IMG/VR virus record: IMGVR_UViG_3300042400_000593
DNA from: a virus
Lineage: Duplodnaviria > Heunggongvirae > Uroviricota > Caudoviricetes
Reading direction: 5' to 3' (one strand)
DNA length: 64,000 nt
The notes below the pieces were generated by a model that saw nothing but the letters and a program-made list of their open reading frames with translations, searched no databases and was not told where the DNA came from. The position numbers and the translations under genes were made by a program. This document shows, one piece after another, positions 1 through 8,731 of this stretch (the first letter of the stretch is position 1; every line of letters starts with the position of its first letter).

Positions 1-423
1 AATTCGTTTAATTTCTAAAGTATTCAAATTTTTTGCAACCACTGTGCCTTTACTATAATTACTTACAACCTTTGCATGCGATTCTCTAAGGTATGCATAC
101 ACTCTATTGGTTATTTTATAAGATCGGCATACATCACCAGTTTTAGAATACACCATTAAGTGTAATGCTTTAATCATTTTAGGACTATTTGTGCCTTTTG
201 CTAATAATAAATGTGCTATATAATGATGCCTTGCACTTAACGTAATTAAGTTGTTAATATTATCTAATCCGCCAAATGACTTAGGAACGATATGATGAGT
301 TTCGGTGTATTTGTCATTAAGTACTAAGGTTTTACAATGCTCAATAAATGTTACATAGCGGGTTATATTATGATTGTTTGGATTTAAAGAATGTTTTAAA
401 ATATGTTGTTTATAGTCAGTCAC
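1..423 (-). CDS. HNH-family homing endonuclease (5' portion; ORF runs off the window start)
   Basis: GTG start at complement of 421-423 preceded by AAGGAA (428-433). My hand translation is open to nt 1 and contains ETHHIVPKSFGGLDNINNLITLSARHHYIAHLL, a classic HNH pattern (HH..N..N..H..H). It is absent from the supplied ORF track because it has no ATG start. Confidence 0.5.
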   Translation of the reverse strand, partial: MTDYKQHILKHSLNPNNHNITRYVTFIEHCKTLVLNDKYTETHHIVPKSFGGLDNINNLITLSARHHYIAHLLLAKGTNSPKMIKALHLMVYSKTGDVCRSYKITNRVYAYLRESHAKVVSNYSKGTVVAKNLNTLEIKRI

Positions 424-433
424 CTGTTATTCC

Positions 434-673
434 TTAAACATTGTTTAATCCGATTCTAGCATATCCTAGTGACGCGTTAAGTTCACGACGACCTTCACGG
501 TTGTCTACCTTGTTCTCTAAGATAATAAGATTATGTTGTAATTTTTGAAGATATAGCTTACCATTGCGTTCCAATCTGTCAGCCGGATAGTTTTTAATTC
601 TGTCCATATACCGCTCAATCTCGTCTTTTTTGAGCTGGATTCTATGCTCAAGATTCTCTTTAGTTTTTTTCAT
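434..673 (-). CDS. hypothetical protein (79 aa, charged, coiled-coil-like)
   Basis: ORF track; tightly packed with neighbours; no recognisable motif. Confidence 0.35.
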   Translation of the reverse strand: MKKTKENLEHRIQLKKDEIERYMDRIKNYPADRLERNGKLYLQKLQHNLIILENKVDNREGRRELNASLGYARIGLNNV

Positions 674-1109
674 TGTAAGCCTCTTTATGAAATTCTTGAC
701 AATCGTTAACTGCAGACTTCAATGCTTCTGCATAGTTTAATGTTTGTTGCTCGGACATTATAGTAGACTGCTGATATTTAAGATAACCATTAAACCACAA
801 ATTCCATGTCATTTTAATACGATGCTGAAACCCGTTAAGAAAGCTCAATGTTTCGTATGCAATACTGCTTAAAAACGAATTTTTAATTTTGTATGTGTTT
901 GAAACATCAAATGGTCTATCCCAGTACGCAGTTTTTTGCGTTGTAAATGTAGTTACAGTAATCATATTAAGGTCATCTGCCTCGACCATAAACTCAATAT
1001 TGTCATCGTCGTTGCCGCATGTGCATTGAATTTTATACATTTTACTGTTACCCCAGTCACTTGTTTTCATAATGCCTACTGCTGGAATTTGTGGTTTTAA
1101 GTCTTTCAT
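660..1109 (-). CDS. hypothetical protein (149 aa)
   Basis: ORF track; Cys cluster CTCGNDDD; start 8 nt after the folE stop. Confidence 0.45.
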   Translation of the reverse strand: MKDLKPQIPAVGIMKTSDWGNSKMYKIQCTCGNDDDNIEFMVEADDLNMITVTTFTTQKTAYWDRPFDVSNTYKIKNSFLSSIAYETLSFLNGFQHRIKMTWNLWFNGYLKYQQSTIMSEQQTLNYAEALKSAVNDCQEFHKEAYNEKN

Positions 1110-1117
1110 AACTCTCC

Positions 1118-1795
1118 TTATTTGTTTACAATACTCATAAATTCTGCACGAGTAGTTGGATCGTTTTTAAATGCACCACCTAACTTACTAGTAACAGTAG
1201 AACTGCCAGTATCTTCTACACCTCTTGCAGCAACACAATAATGTTTTGCATCAATAACTACTGCAATATTATCAGTGCCTAATATGTATTCTAATGCATG
1301 GAATACTTGTTCGGTTAATCTTTCTTGTACTTGCGGACGTTTTGCAAAGTATTCAACTACACGATTAATTTTGCTTAGTCCAAGTACAACCTCGTTTGGA
1401 ATATAACCAACTGTTGCAAAGCCGTCAATTACAACTCCGTGATGTTCACAATTACTTTGTATGTTTACATTTCTTTCCACAACAATTTCATTGTAGCCCA
1501 TTTTGTTTTTAATAGTAGTACACTTTGGAAAGTTTTCTTCTTTAAGTCCAAAATATATTTCATTTGTGTACATTTTAGCCATTCGATTTGGTGTTTCTGC
1601 TAAACTATCATCTGTTAAGTCCATTCCTAATGTTGACCATATTGTTGTAAATGCGTTTTCAATAATGTCAATTTTTGTTTTATTATCAACTACTAGGGCT
1701 GTATTATTAATCGGAGTTTCGACTCCTTTACTAATTAAATATTCTCTTACTCGTTTACCTAACGCTGGATCTGTTTTAGTTTTATCAAAGCTCAT
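1118..1795 (-). CDS. folE: GTP cyclohydrolase I (FolE type I)
   Basis: Motifs NCEHHGVVIDGFATVGYIP and HYCVAARGV correspond to the FolE zinc/active-site motifs (CEHH ... HxCMxxRGV); size 225 aa. Confidence 0.85.
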   Translation of the reverse strand: MSFDKTKTDPALGKRVREYLISKGVETPINNTALVVDNKTKIDIIENAFTTIWSTLGMDLTDDSLAETPNRMAKMYTNEIYFGLKEENFPKCTTIKNKMGYNEIVVERNVNIQSNCEHHGVVIDGFATVGYIPNEVVLGLSKINRVVEYFAKRPQVQERLTEQVFHALEYILGTDNIAVVIDAKHYCVAARGVEDTGSSTVTSKLGGAFKNDPTTRAEFMSIVNK

Positions 1796-1809
1796 TATTT
1801 TAATTCCTG

Positions 1810-2670
1810 TTATATTTGTTTGTGATTTTTAAAAGTAGGTTTATCATGTTTCCAAATTAATCCAATTTGATAGCATTGTGTAGGATTATCGCTAATATCT
1901 TGATTAGTTCGGTATTTTCCTTTAAGTTCACCTTCAAAAATTATTCTCTGTTTAGAAGGTTTATTTAATCTACCATATGTAATATTATAATTGTTTTCTA
2001 AGTAAAAGTCAACATCTTTTTTAGATAAAAAATATTCAACATTGTTAATTATACACCATTTATACCCTTTAGTTGCAGATCTACCATACATGCCATTATT
2101 AGTACCTACTCTTGCCATAGTAGTGTTAGCACCAATTCTTGTTTTAATACCGGTTGTAACAATAATATCATGATGACTATTAGCCTCTTGTAAATCTAAT
2201 AATTTAGATTTCTTAATAATAGTATGTTCTTTGATGTTAGTATTGTATACTGTAAATGTGTCTGTTCTTAGCCCAATGTGCGGTTGTAAGTTACGAACAG
2301 GGTTACTCCTTGCAGTTTGATGGGACACCCACCCTCTCTCACGAATATTTGTTATTTTATAGTTTCTAAATTCTAAAATTAATTTAGTCTCTAATTCTAC
2401 TGCATCTTCTTCAGATAGATTAGTGGCTACTTTAAAAATTATTGGTAATAACTGCAATCTAGTTAATTCTCTAATTGTGTTTAATTTATGTGAATTTTTA
2501 TATTTTCGTGTAGGCCGTGCTTCTTTAAGATGATCAAATAATCGATTATTTTTACCGTAACCTACATAAAATGGTTTAAATAACAGTGAACAAAATGTAG
2601 AAACATATTGACCTGGTGTTCTTGGATCTAAGTATACATAGACATAGTATATATTGTTATTAGATGACAT
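1810..2670 (-). CDS. GIY-YIG homing endonuclease (Seg-like)
   Basis: N-terminal IYYVYVYLDPRTPGQ...PFYVGYGKNNRLFDHL is the GIY-(10-11)-YIG motif. The true start is probably the internal ATG (MSSNNN...) at complement 2668-2670, which has a strong AAGGAG 14 nt upstream; the track start at 2724 lacks an RBS. Confidence 0.75.
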   Translation of the reverse strand: MSSNNNIYYVYVYLDPRTPGQYVSTFCSLLFKPFYVGYGKNNRLFDHLKEARPTRKYKNSHKLNTIRELTRLQLLPIIFKVATNLSEEDAVELETKLILEFRNYKITNIRERGWVSHQTARSNPVRNLQPHIGLRTDTFTVYNTNIKEHTIIKKSKLLDLQEANSHHDIIVTTGIKTRIGANTTMARVGTNNGMYGRSATKGYKWCIINNVEYFLSKKDVDFYLENNYNITYGRLNKPSKQRIIFEGELKGKYRTNQDISDNPTQCYQIGLIWKHDKPTFKNHKQI

Positions 2671-2892
2671 ATAAGATTCCTTACTCCTTACATAATTGAT
2701 TTTTAAAATGGGCATTCCTATCATGATTGCCCATTGTTATTTATTAGTTAAGAGTTCTTTGTCAATGTTTTTAAGTCGTCTTCTAAGTATTCTAGATATT
2801 GTGACAAACCTAACAGCATACGTTGATTGTTTGAATCGCTATGTTTAGCAATATCACGTTTTACTTGTGCAATTTTTTCTTGTAATTCTTCT

Positions 2893-3249
2893 TTAGTTAA
2901 ATCTGTCATTTTTTACCTCCGATCTTGCTATTTCTAAAAACATTTGATATTTTTCGTATGCTGCTTTAACAGTTGGATTAGAATCTCTAACATACATATC
3001 TTCATAATATTTTTTATTCCAGTCTTCGCACTTTTCAGCTTTGTCAATTAACTTTATAAAATCGTTCTCGTGTATTTTAACAGTTAATGACCGTGTAACG
3101 TTTGCTCTTTCGCTTGGTAGGTTTGATCTTGACCAATCTAACGAATAGTTATCACCTGCAGCATAAAATTGTTCAACGTCTATGCTTCGTATACCGTGTT
3201 TCTTAGCTATTGAATGTAGTTCCATTATTTCTTCCAGTAGTTTTCCCAT
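2893..3249 (-). CDS. hypothetical protein (118 aa)
   Basis: ORF track only. Confidence 0.4.
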   Translation of the reverse strand: MGKLLEEIMELHSIAKKHGIRSIDVEQFYAAGDNYSLDWSRSNLPSERANVTRSLTVKIHENDFIKLIDKAEKCEDWNKKYYEDMYVRDSNPTVKAAYEKYQMFLEIARSEVKNDRFN

Positions 3250-3755
3250 GGAAAGTCAATCCAAATCGGATCGTCTCGTTTATCAAATTCTTCAGCACAA
3301 TAATCAACATGTGCATTGCTAGCAGAATTATCAAACACTGTAGCAAATCTTACATTTTTATGCCAAACATCGTGTTTCCATCTTATAGAATCTGGTAAAC
3401 ATAATGATTGCCAATCTTCTTTAATCCAATCGAGTGTTGCACCCGAATCGTTAATATCGTCTACAATTAAAATGTTTTTAGCACGTCCGGTACTTGCTAG
3501 TTCGTCATCAGTAACACCAAATGCATCACAAGCCATCCATGCATTATGTTCATTGTCGTCTGGATGGTCACGTAAACTAACATGTAATGTTAGCATCTTA
3601 ACTCCGAGATACTGACTAAGTAAGTTAGCGGGGATAAGTCCCCCGCGTGTGATTCCGACAATGTAATCTGGTTTCCAATTAGCAGCTTGAACTTGGCGTG
3701 CTATCTCTAATGCGGCACCTTCTAATTGTGCCCAACTATATTTTACTACTTTCAT
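3225..3755 (-). CDS. xanthine-guanine phosphoribosyltransferase-like (Gpt-like, type I PRTase)
   Basis: YIVGITRGGLIPANLL and KNILIVDDINDSGATL align with E. coli Gpt GIIAVSRGGLVPGALL and FIVIDDLVDTGGTAV (PRPP-binding motif); 176 aa versus Gpt 152 aa. Confidence 0.7.
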   Translation of the reverse strand: MKVVKYSWAQLEGAALEIARQVQAANWKPDYIVGITRGGLIPANLLSQYLGVKMLTLHVSLRDHPDDNEHNAWMACDAFGVTDDELASTGRAKNILIVDDINDSGATLDWIKEDWQSLCLPDSIRWKHDVWHKNVRFATVFDNSASNAHVDYCAEEFDKRDDPIWIDFPWENYWKK

Positions 3756-4183
3756 TCGTCGTCCTTTGGTAACATGCTATCCTCATAGCAAATTGCATAA
3801 ATTGTTTTTAAATTTCCGTATGCTTTTTCTAAACCTGGATATTCGTCGCATAACTTCTTAAATGCATCCCATTCTGGAAACGCATCTATAAAAGGTCGTC
3901 CGTTCATTGCAGTTGAGTTACTCCAGCTACCGTTACTACTTAATGTACTACCTCCTATTCCGTTATATGCATAGTAATTACTTGTTAAATTAGTAGCTAT
4001 AGTATTATACCCGTATACACCATTAGAACCTGTGATAGTAATTGTATCACTTGCTGCTGCTGTTCCACTCATAACATTTGACGCCGTGTATGCCGATAAT
4101 GTACTTGCATCGAACGCCGGTATACGAACATGTGCATCTCCATCCATAGTAAATGTAATCGTATCTTTATTTGAATCTATCAT
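3752..4183 (-). CDS. hypothetical protein (143 aa, Ser/Thr/Gly/Asn-rich)
   Basis: ORF track; overlaps neighbours by 4 and 17 nt in operon fashion. Confidence 0.4.
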   Translation of the reverse strand: MIDSNKDTITFTMDGDAHVRIPAFDASTLSAYTASNVMSGTAAASDTITITGSNGVYGYNTIATNLTSNYYAYNGIGGSTLSSNGSWSNSTAMNGRPFIDAFPEWDAFKKLCDEYPGLEKAYGNLKTIYAICYEDSMLPKDDE

Positions 4184-5261
4184 ATAATTTCTCTGCGTTA
4201 AAAAACTCTTTTGTTAAATATTCTGCTTGGGTGTTTACATAATGCGCTATACTATCATAGTTTTCTATATAATAAATAATTTTATTACATAAATCATAAC
4301 TGTGCGTTTCGTAATTTTCGTAACTAATAGACCATTCTGACGGGTATTTAAAATGATACATATACATTTCTTTATAACTTAGTCTATCGGGTACCATTGG
4401 TATAGCACCAAGCAATGCGCCTTCGTAACAACTTATGCCTAGGGTTTCTTGTAAGTTAGCACTAAACACAATCTTTGCTTCGCTTAATAATTTATGATAT
4501 TCGTCTTTAGTTAGCTTCTCGTCTTGGCACACTACAAAATCGTATTGCGGTAATTGCATAGCTAATGATCTAAAAATATCAACTTGTTTTTCTGGAGCAA
4601 CCCTATGCGGAAACAATATTAGATCACGTTTTTCTGAATTTTTATAAGGAGTTAGCGTATCTTCTAAATACTCCATAGGCCAACCTGTTTTTATAATAGA
4701 CCCATCGTCGTATATTTCGTCCCAATCCTCGTCGTACCATGGATTTTCACTTGGATAACCATTTTGTATAACATTGTTAAAAAACATTCTTACGTGAAAC
4801 TCGGTAGCAAAATAGTTATGAGTGTATGCAGTGTACATACTTTTTTCAGCAAGTCTAACCCATGCGTCTTTAATATTACCTAAAAAGTCGTGTGGATCAT
4901 AACTTCCTGCGTGCCATAGACCGTGGAATGTCCAATTTAGATGTTCTAAATCGTTAATGTACTTTAATTGTATAATAGTAGGATTCCATGCATCAGTAAA
5001 TAAGAAATGATCATTAGGAGTAGTCCTGTGATAATTTTTTAAAAATCCAACAAGCTGAGAACTTTTCCATACGTTTGTGTCGACAAAGTTTAAAAATGCA
5101 CCCGGAGTTACATCGGTTGCGTTTTGTTCGCCGTCTATTTGAATTATGTTGTATTTGTCGTTAATATAATTGCTTAGTTGTTTAGGGATATGAGTGTGCC
5201 ATTGTCTAGTATATCTAGTATCTAATGGTTCTACAGGAAATATCCAAATAGTAGGTTTCAT
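4167..5261 (-). CDS. GT-B fold glycosyltransferase (GT4-like)
   Basis: C-terminal ...FSANLQETLGISCYEGALLGAIPMVPD... resembles the EX7E donor-binding motif region of GT4/GT1 retaining glycosyltransferases; 364 aa. Confidence 0.45.
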   Translation of the reverse strand: MKPTIWIFPVEPLDTRYTRQWHTHIPKQLSNYINDKYNIIQIDGEQNATDVTPGAFLNFVDTNVWKSSQLVGFLKNYHRTTPNDHFLFTDAWNPTIIQLKYINDLEHLNWTFHGLWHAGSYDPHDFLGNIKDAWVRLAEKSMYTAYTHNYFATEFHVRMFFNNVIQNGYPSENPWYDEDWDEIYDDGSIIKTGWPMEYLEDTLTPYKNSEKRDLILFPHRVAPEKQVDIFRSLAMQLPQYDFVVCQDEKLTKDEYHKLLSEAKIVFSANLQETLGISCYEGALLGAIPMVPDRLSYKEMYMYHFKYPSEWSISYENYETHSYDLCNKIIYYIENYDSIAHYVNTQAEYLTKEFFNAEKLYDRFK

Positions 5262-5317
5262 AAAATTCCTTAGAGAATGAAAGCTCCATGAGGAGCTTTC
5301 GTGGTTGAAAATAATTG

Positions 5318-5566
5318 TTATGATTTTTTATAATTTTTAGGTCTAACACCGTTTGGCCAAGGTTTATTACCTTGATATGGTTTGCGTGGACGTTTACTTG
5401 CTAAGTATGCACCATACGATTTACTATCTTTGCGATATAAATCCGATGGATCAAATTTACGTAACTCAATTCTGCAAAAGTCATGAAATGCTTCTAAATC
5501 TTCAAAGATTTTAACAACATCTGGACGTGATTCGAAGTATGAGAATGTTTTGTAATTTTTAGCCAT
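5318..5566 (-). CDS. hypothetical basic protein (82 aa)
   Basis: ORF track. Confidence 0.35.
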   Translation of the reverse strand: MAKNYKTFSYFESRPDVVKIFEDLEAFHDFCRIELRKFDPSDLYRKDSKSYGAYLASKRPRKPYQGNKPWPNGVRPKNYKKS

Positions 5567-5567
5567 T

Positions 5568-5858
5568 TTATTTTCTTCCGTTTTTTAATATAGTTTGATT
5601 AGTACGAACATTTAACGTGTGTTTTAATTCGTGTAGTTGTTGTCTAAGTTTTGTAATGTGTATCATATGCTTAGGTTTACTGTTACCTGATTGCATATTT
5701 TGTTTTTCATAATCAGTTATCTCTTGGCGTAAACGACTAATTTGTTGTTCAAGCATAGCTTTTGAGATATAATGTTTCATGCTACATATACTTAATAAAT
5801 GATCCGTTTTCACCATCTTCGGATACTTCAATCCACACTTCTTTGTGTAGATATTCAT
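5568..5858 (-). CDS. hypothetical coiled-coil protein (96 aa)
   Basis: ORF track. Confidence 0.35.
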   Translation of the reverse strand: MNIYTKKCGLKYPKMVKTDHLLSICSMKHYISKAMLEQQISRLRQEITDYEKQNMQSGNSKPKHMIHITKLRQQLHELKHTLNVRTNQTILKNGRK

Positions 5859-6115
5859 TTGTTATATTACAGTATAGATCATTACTTATCATTTCGCAAC
5901 TTTTGTTATCTAATGATAATGTTAATACGTAGTGTTTCATATTAGTTGATATTTATTATTTTAGTGAAAGTATAAATACAATATTAGTGAGATAGAACTA
6001 TGCCTAAACTCAAAACCCTTAATAGTAATTATACATGTTATTTGTGCGGTTGTCAAGCATTTTACATAAGTATTAATTCCAAAGTCTAAAAATCGATCTA
6101 AACGTATAGCTTGTT

Positions 6116-6493
6116 CTATTTCATTAGATGACCTGCGTCAGTTGGCTGGTATGTAACAATGCCATCAGATTCACCATCTTCAGATACACAGACTGTATAG
6201 TGCCTATCTCCATATTTAGGCAATAAATGATTAGTTAAAATATCACTAGCAATCATTTCGCATGATTTGTAATTTTGATCACCTGCAGTGATAAAATCAG
6301 TTAATGCCCATTTAACCAAAAAAAACTCTAATTCTCTATCTAAGTGATTAACAGAAATAGTTACTTCGATTTTAAAAATGTGACGATGTATATTTTCAAG
6401 AAATGCAATTTTAGAATCAATCAATCCTGCATTTGGGTAACAGTGCATACCTTCAAACTCTGTTCGAATTTTAATAAATGTTTGTAATTTCAT
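6116..6493 (-). CDS. QueD/6-pyruvoyl-tetrahydropterin synthase-like protein (divergent paralogue)
   Basis: TEFEGMHCYP ... NIHRHIFKIEV parallels the QueD FEAAHRL ... LHGHSFMVRLE arrangement, but the CxxxHGH box is degenerate; 125 aa. Confidence 0.45.
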   Translation of the reverse strand: MKLQTFIKIRTEFEGMHCYPNAGLIDSKIAFLENIHRHIFKIEVTISVNHLDRELEFFLVKWALTDFITAGDQNYKSCEMIASDILTNHLLPKYGDRHYTVCVSEDGESDGIVTYQPTDAGHLMK

Positions 6494-7017
6494 TTAATTA
6501 TCTTGTCGTCGTTATAGTCGGTCCAACTAGTAAACACATCTTCATTTTGCAAAACTTTTAAGTTATGTGTCCACACGCCGGGGTTAGTTGCGTTAAAATC
6601 TATGTCATCTAATTTAACCATTGTATTATAACTCCAATCTTTAATATTTGCAACCGGAAATCTAATTTGAGGAATAAAATTTTCATATGAACATAAATTA
6701 GTTTTATTATTAAAATCATTCATTGCTGTAACCGGAATATCTAATGAACAGTGTTTGCCTAATTTTAAAAAGTGCTCAATAATGTTATTCCAGTTGAGCC
6801 AGGTACCTGGTGTGTTTGGATTAAAACTGTGGTTTGCACCAAAGAAGATATGTGTAATATCTTCTTCAGTATCTAACCGGTGATGTATTGCTTCTGTAGT
6901 ATGAGCACCAACAACAAATAATGTTTTTAAACCATATGCTGGAGTATGCTCTACTTCGGTACCAACAAAAAACTTAGCAGTGTTAGTAGTTATATTGTTA
7001 TTATACTGTCTATTCAT
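6490..7017 (-). CDS. hypothetical protein (175 aa), translationally coupled to the DpdA-like gene
   Basis: Its start overlaps the upstream TGT-like ORF stop by 8 nt and its stop overlaps the QueD-like start; His-rich (HTTEAIHHRLD, ITHIFFGANH); no known motif recognised. Confidence 0.45.
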   Translation of the reverse strand: MNRQYNNNITTNTAKFFVGTEVEHTPAYGLKTLFVVGAHTTEAIHHRLDTEEDITHIFFGANHSFNPNTPGTWLNWNNIIEHFLKLGKHCSLDIPVTAMNDFNNKTNLCSYENFIPQIRFPVANIKDWSYNTMVKLDDIDFNATNPGVWTHNLKVLQNEDVFTSWTDYNDDKIIK

Positions 7018-8731
7018 CTTTAATGCTATCTTCTAGGGTAAGTAAAGTGTCTTCTTCTTCTTCAGAAAATTCAAATGCCGTCGGATCGACATTATCCTCA
7101 TCTATGTCGTTAGGATCTATATCTTCAAGTGTCCAAAACTCATTAAACTTTGTATCAGCATTGATTGTTTTCTTGCCACAATTACCACGTGTACCAGGAA
7201 TATCAATCCATAATTTGCTATATCTACTAATTAATTTCAATGCAGAACGCTTAGTTTTACTGCTAATGATTTTATCAATTATATCGCTAACATAAACTGG
7301 ATTAAATTTTTCATCAACTAACATATATGGCAAAATATTGTTATCAAATGTTTGATTTGCTCTTTGTACAGCATCAATATGACTCCATACATTATGCCCC
7401 ATTAAAATAGCGTAACTAAAACTATCCCAACTTGTTCTACCGACTTTGTTAATTTTATTCGTACTGCCCATAGTAATCCAATATTTAGGATCATTTAAGT
7501 ATAGTGGGTTTTTAAATAAGTCTTCATGATCAATGCCATCATTGTCTACTTCTGTCCAGTTAGGATCACCTGCACCGTAGATACAAATATCTTTTATTTG
7601 TACTTGATCAATAAGTGGACTTGGATTAAACACTTTAAAAATACCATCATCGATAACCGCGTCTTTAAACAGTCTAGTATCATATGCGTATTTTTTATTA
7701 TCAACACTCGGGACCATTCGATACACCCATTTAGATCTATCTTCTAATTCTGTAGTAATGTAAACCTGACCATTTGCTGTAGCCAAAAACGGACTAGCAC
7801 AATCATAACTAATAGTAAAGCTAGGATTAACATATTTACGAACTGCTCGTTGAATTATAGTTAGTAAACATGCCCATTCTAATTTACTAGTTCCTAAGAA
7901 ATGCATCCAGTCGTGCTGGCCTTCTTGAAGCATGTTATCAAATTTTAAACCAATAATGCGTTTAAGTACTAACTCGGCATCGCACATGTTTTGTCCACCC
8001 ATTGCCCAGCCATTAAATGCTTTATCACCGTAGATCTTAGTATCGCAAAACTTTTTCATACTTTGATACCATTTTTCTGCATCTTTGTGTGTTTCGCCTT
8101 GTAATACATTTAAGAATTTACAAGCACCTGTGCGATTTTGAATAAAGTATTCATTGTTAATAAATGTACCTTTAACTGCATCTTTGTAATTTCTAATACC
8201 TGTTGCTTTTCTACCAGCCGGCATACGTGCTACCCACGCAGGAATATCAAGACACATACCGTAATCCATTAACTCGTCCATCCATCGCAGTACTTGTTCA
8301 CGTTTCTTTTGTGCTTTAGGACAAGTAGGATCTTTCCAATCAGCTGGCCATACACCTTTCCCTATTTGGAAGCCTCCAGAGTCACCTAACACCCAACTAG
8401 TACTTCTATCTCTATTACGGAACATGTCTTCACTTTCGTCAAACTTATCTAAATCTAAGTTTGCATGTCCAGCTGAGTACAAGCACCATTTATAATAAAA
8501 TTCACCTTTTTCAGGTTCTAAGTAGTTAAGTCCCTCTACACCTGCTTTAAATGATGTTGGAATACGTAACGGATCAACATAATTACCATAACGTTGTTTA
8601 CCAACAAATGTTGAGTAAAACCCTGACGTTGCAGGCAAAAACACGGCATAATCCTGTTGTGTTGCTGTTAAGTTTCTATTCATGTTTTTTCCATATATAT
8701 GTTTTATTTCCGCAGTCCCAGATTCTATCAT
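7010..8731 (-). CDS. dpdA: tRNA-guanine-transglycosylase-family DNA transglycosylase (DpdA-like)
   Basis: VLGDSGGFQ matches the TGT catalytic-Asp motif LxDSGGFQ; NGWAMGG matches G(F/Y)AIGG; MHFLGTS matches YLMGVGTP. 573 aa. An alternative start is Met17 (complement 8681-8683), 2 nt after the upstream stop. Confidence 0.75.
   Translation of the reverse strand: MIESGTAEIKHIYGKNMNRNLTATQQDYAVFLPATSGFYSTFVGKQRYGNYVDPLRIPTSFKAGVEGLNYLEPEKGEFYYKWCLYSAGHANLDLDKFDESEDMFRNRDRSTSWVLGDSGGFQIGKGVWPADWKDPTCPKAQKKREQVLRWMDELMDYGMCLDIPAWVARMPAGRKATGIRNYKDAVKGTFINNEYFIQNRTGACKFLNVLQGETHKDAEKWYQSMKKFCDTKIYGDKAFNGWAMGGQNMCDAELVLKRIIGLKFDNMLQEGQHDWMHFLGTSKLEWACLLTIIQRAVRKYVNPSFTISYDCASPFLATANGQVYITTELEDRSKWVYRMVPSVDNKKYAYDTRLFKDAVIDDGIFKVFNPSPLIDQVQIKDICIYGAGDPNWTEVDNDGIDHEDLFKNPLYLNDPKYWITMGSTNKINKVGRTSWDSFSYAILMGHNVWSHIDAVQRANQTFDNNILPYMLVDEKFNPVYVSDIIDKIISSKTKRSALKLISRYSKLWIDIPGTRGNCGKKTINADTKFNEFWTLEDIDPNDIDEDNVDPTAFEFSEEEEDTLLTLEDSIKDE

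Noticed and set aside
1503-1832. Plus-strand ORF antisense to folE, and similar short opposite-strand ORFs (7023-7295, 7526-7747, 12381-12911, 13575-13787, 15125-15478, 16058-16318, 20500-21667, 22782-23177, 23912-24314, 25342-25593, 31213-31437, 31908-32123, 37204-37392, 38773-40110, 52475-52957, 54014-54316, 55685-56008, 58045-58242, 59123-59353, 61086-61271, 62158-62361)
   Set aside because: Each overlaps a much longer ORF on the other strand that has recognisable protein motifs. Most likely non-coding frame shadows.
5278-5299. Hairpin GAAAGCTCC-atga-GGAGCTTTC between the glycosyltransferase and the 82-aa gene (considered as a terminator)
   Set aside because: There is no adjacent U-run on the transcribed (minus) strand. 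The genes appear to be in one operon, so it is more likely an mRNA structural or processing element, or chance.
5859-6115. 257-nt AT-rich gap examined for a tRNA or small RNA gene
   Set aside because: No GTTCGAAT-like T-arm or acceptor-stem complementarity was seen by eye. It may hold a promoter for the downstream operon and a possible 52-aa ORF (about 5781-5939), but support is insufficient.
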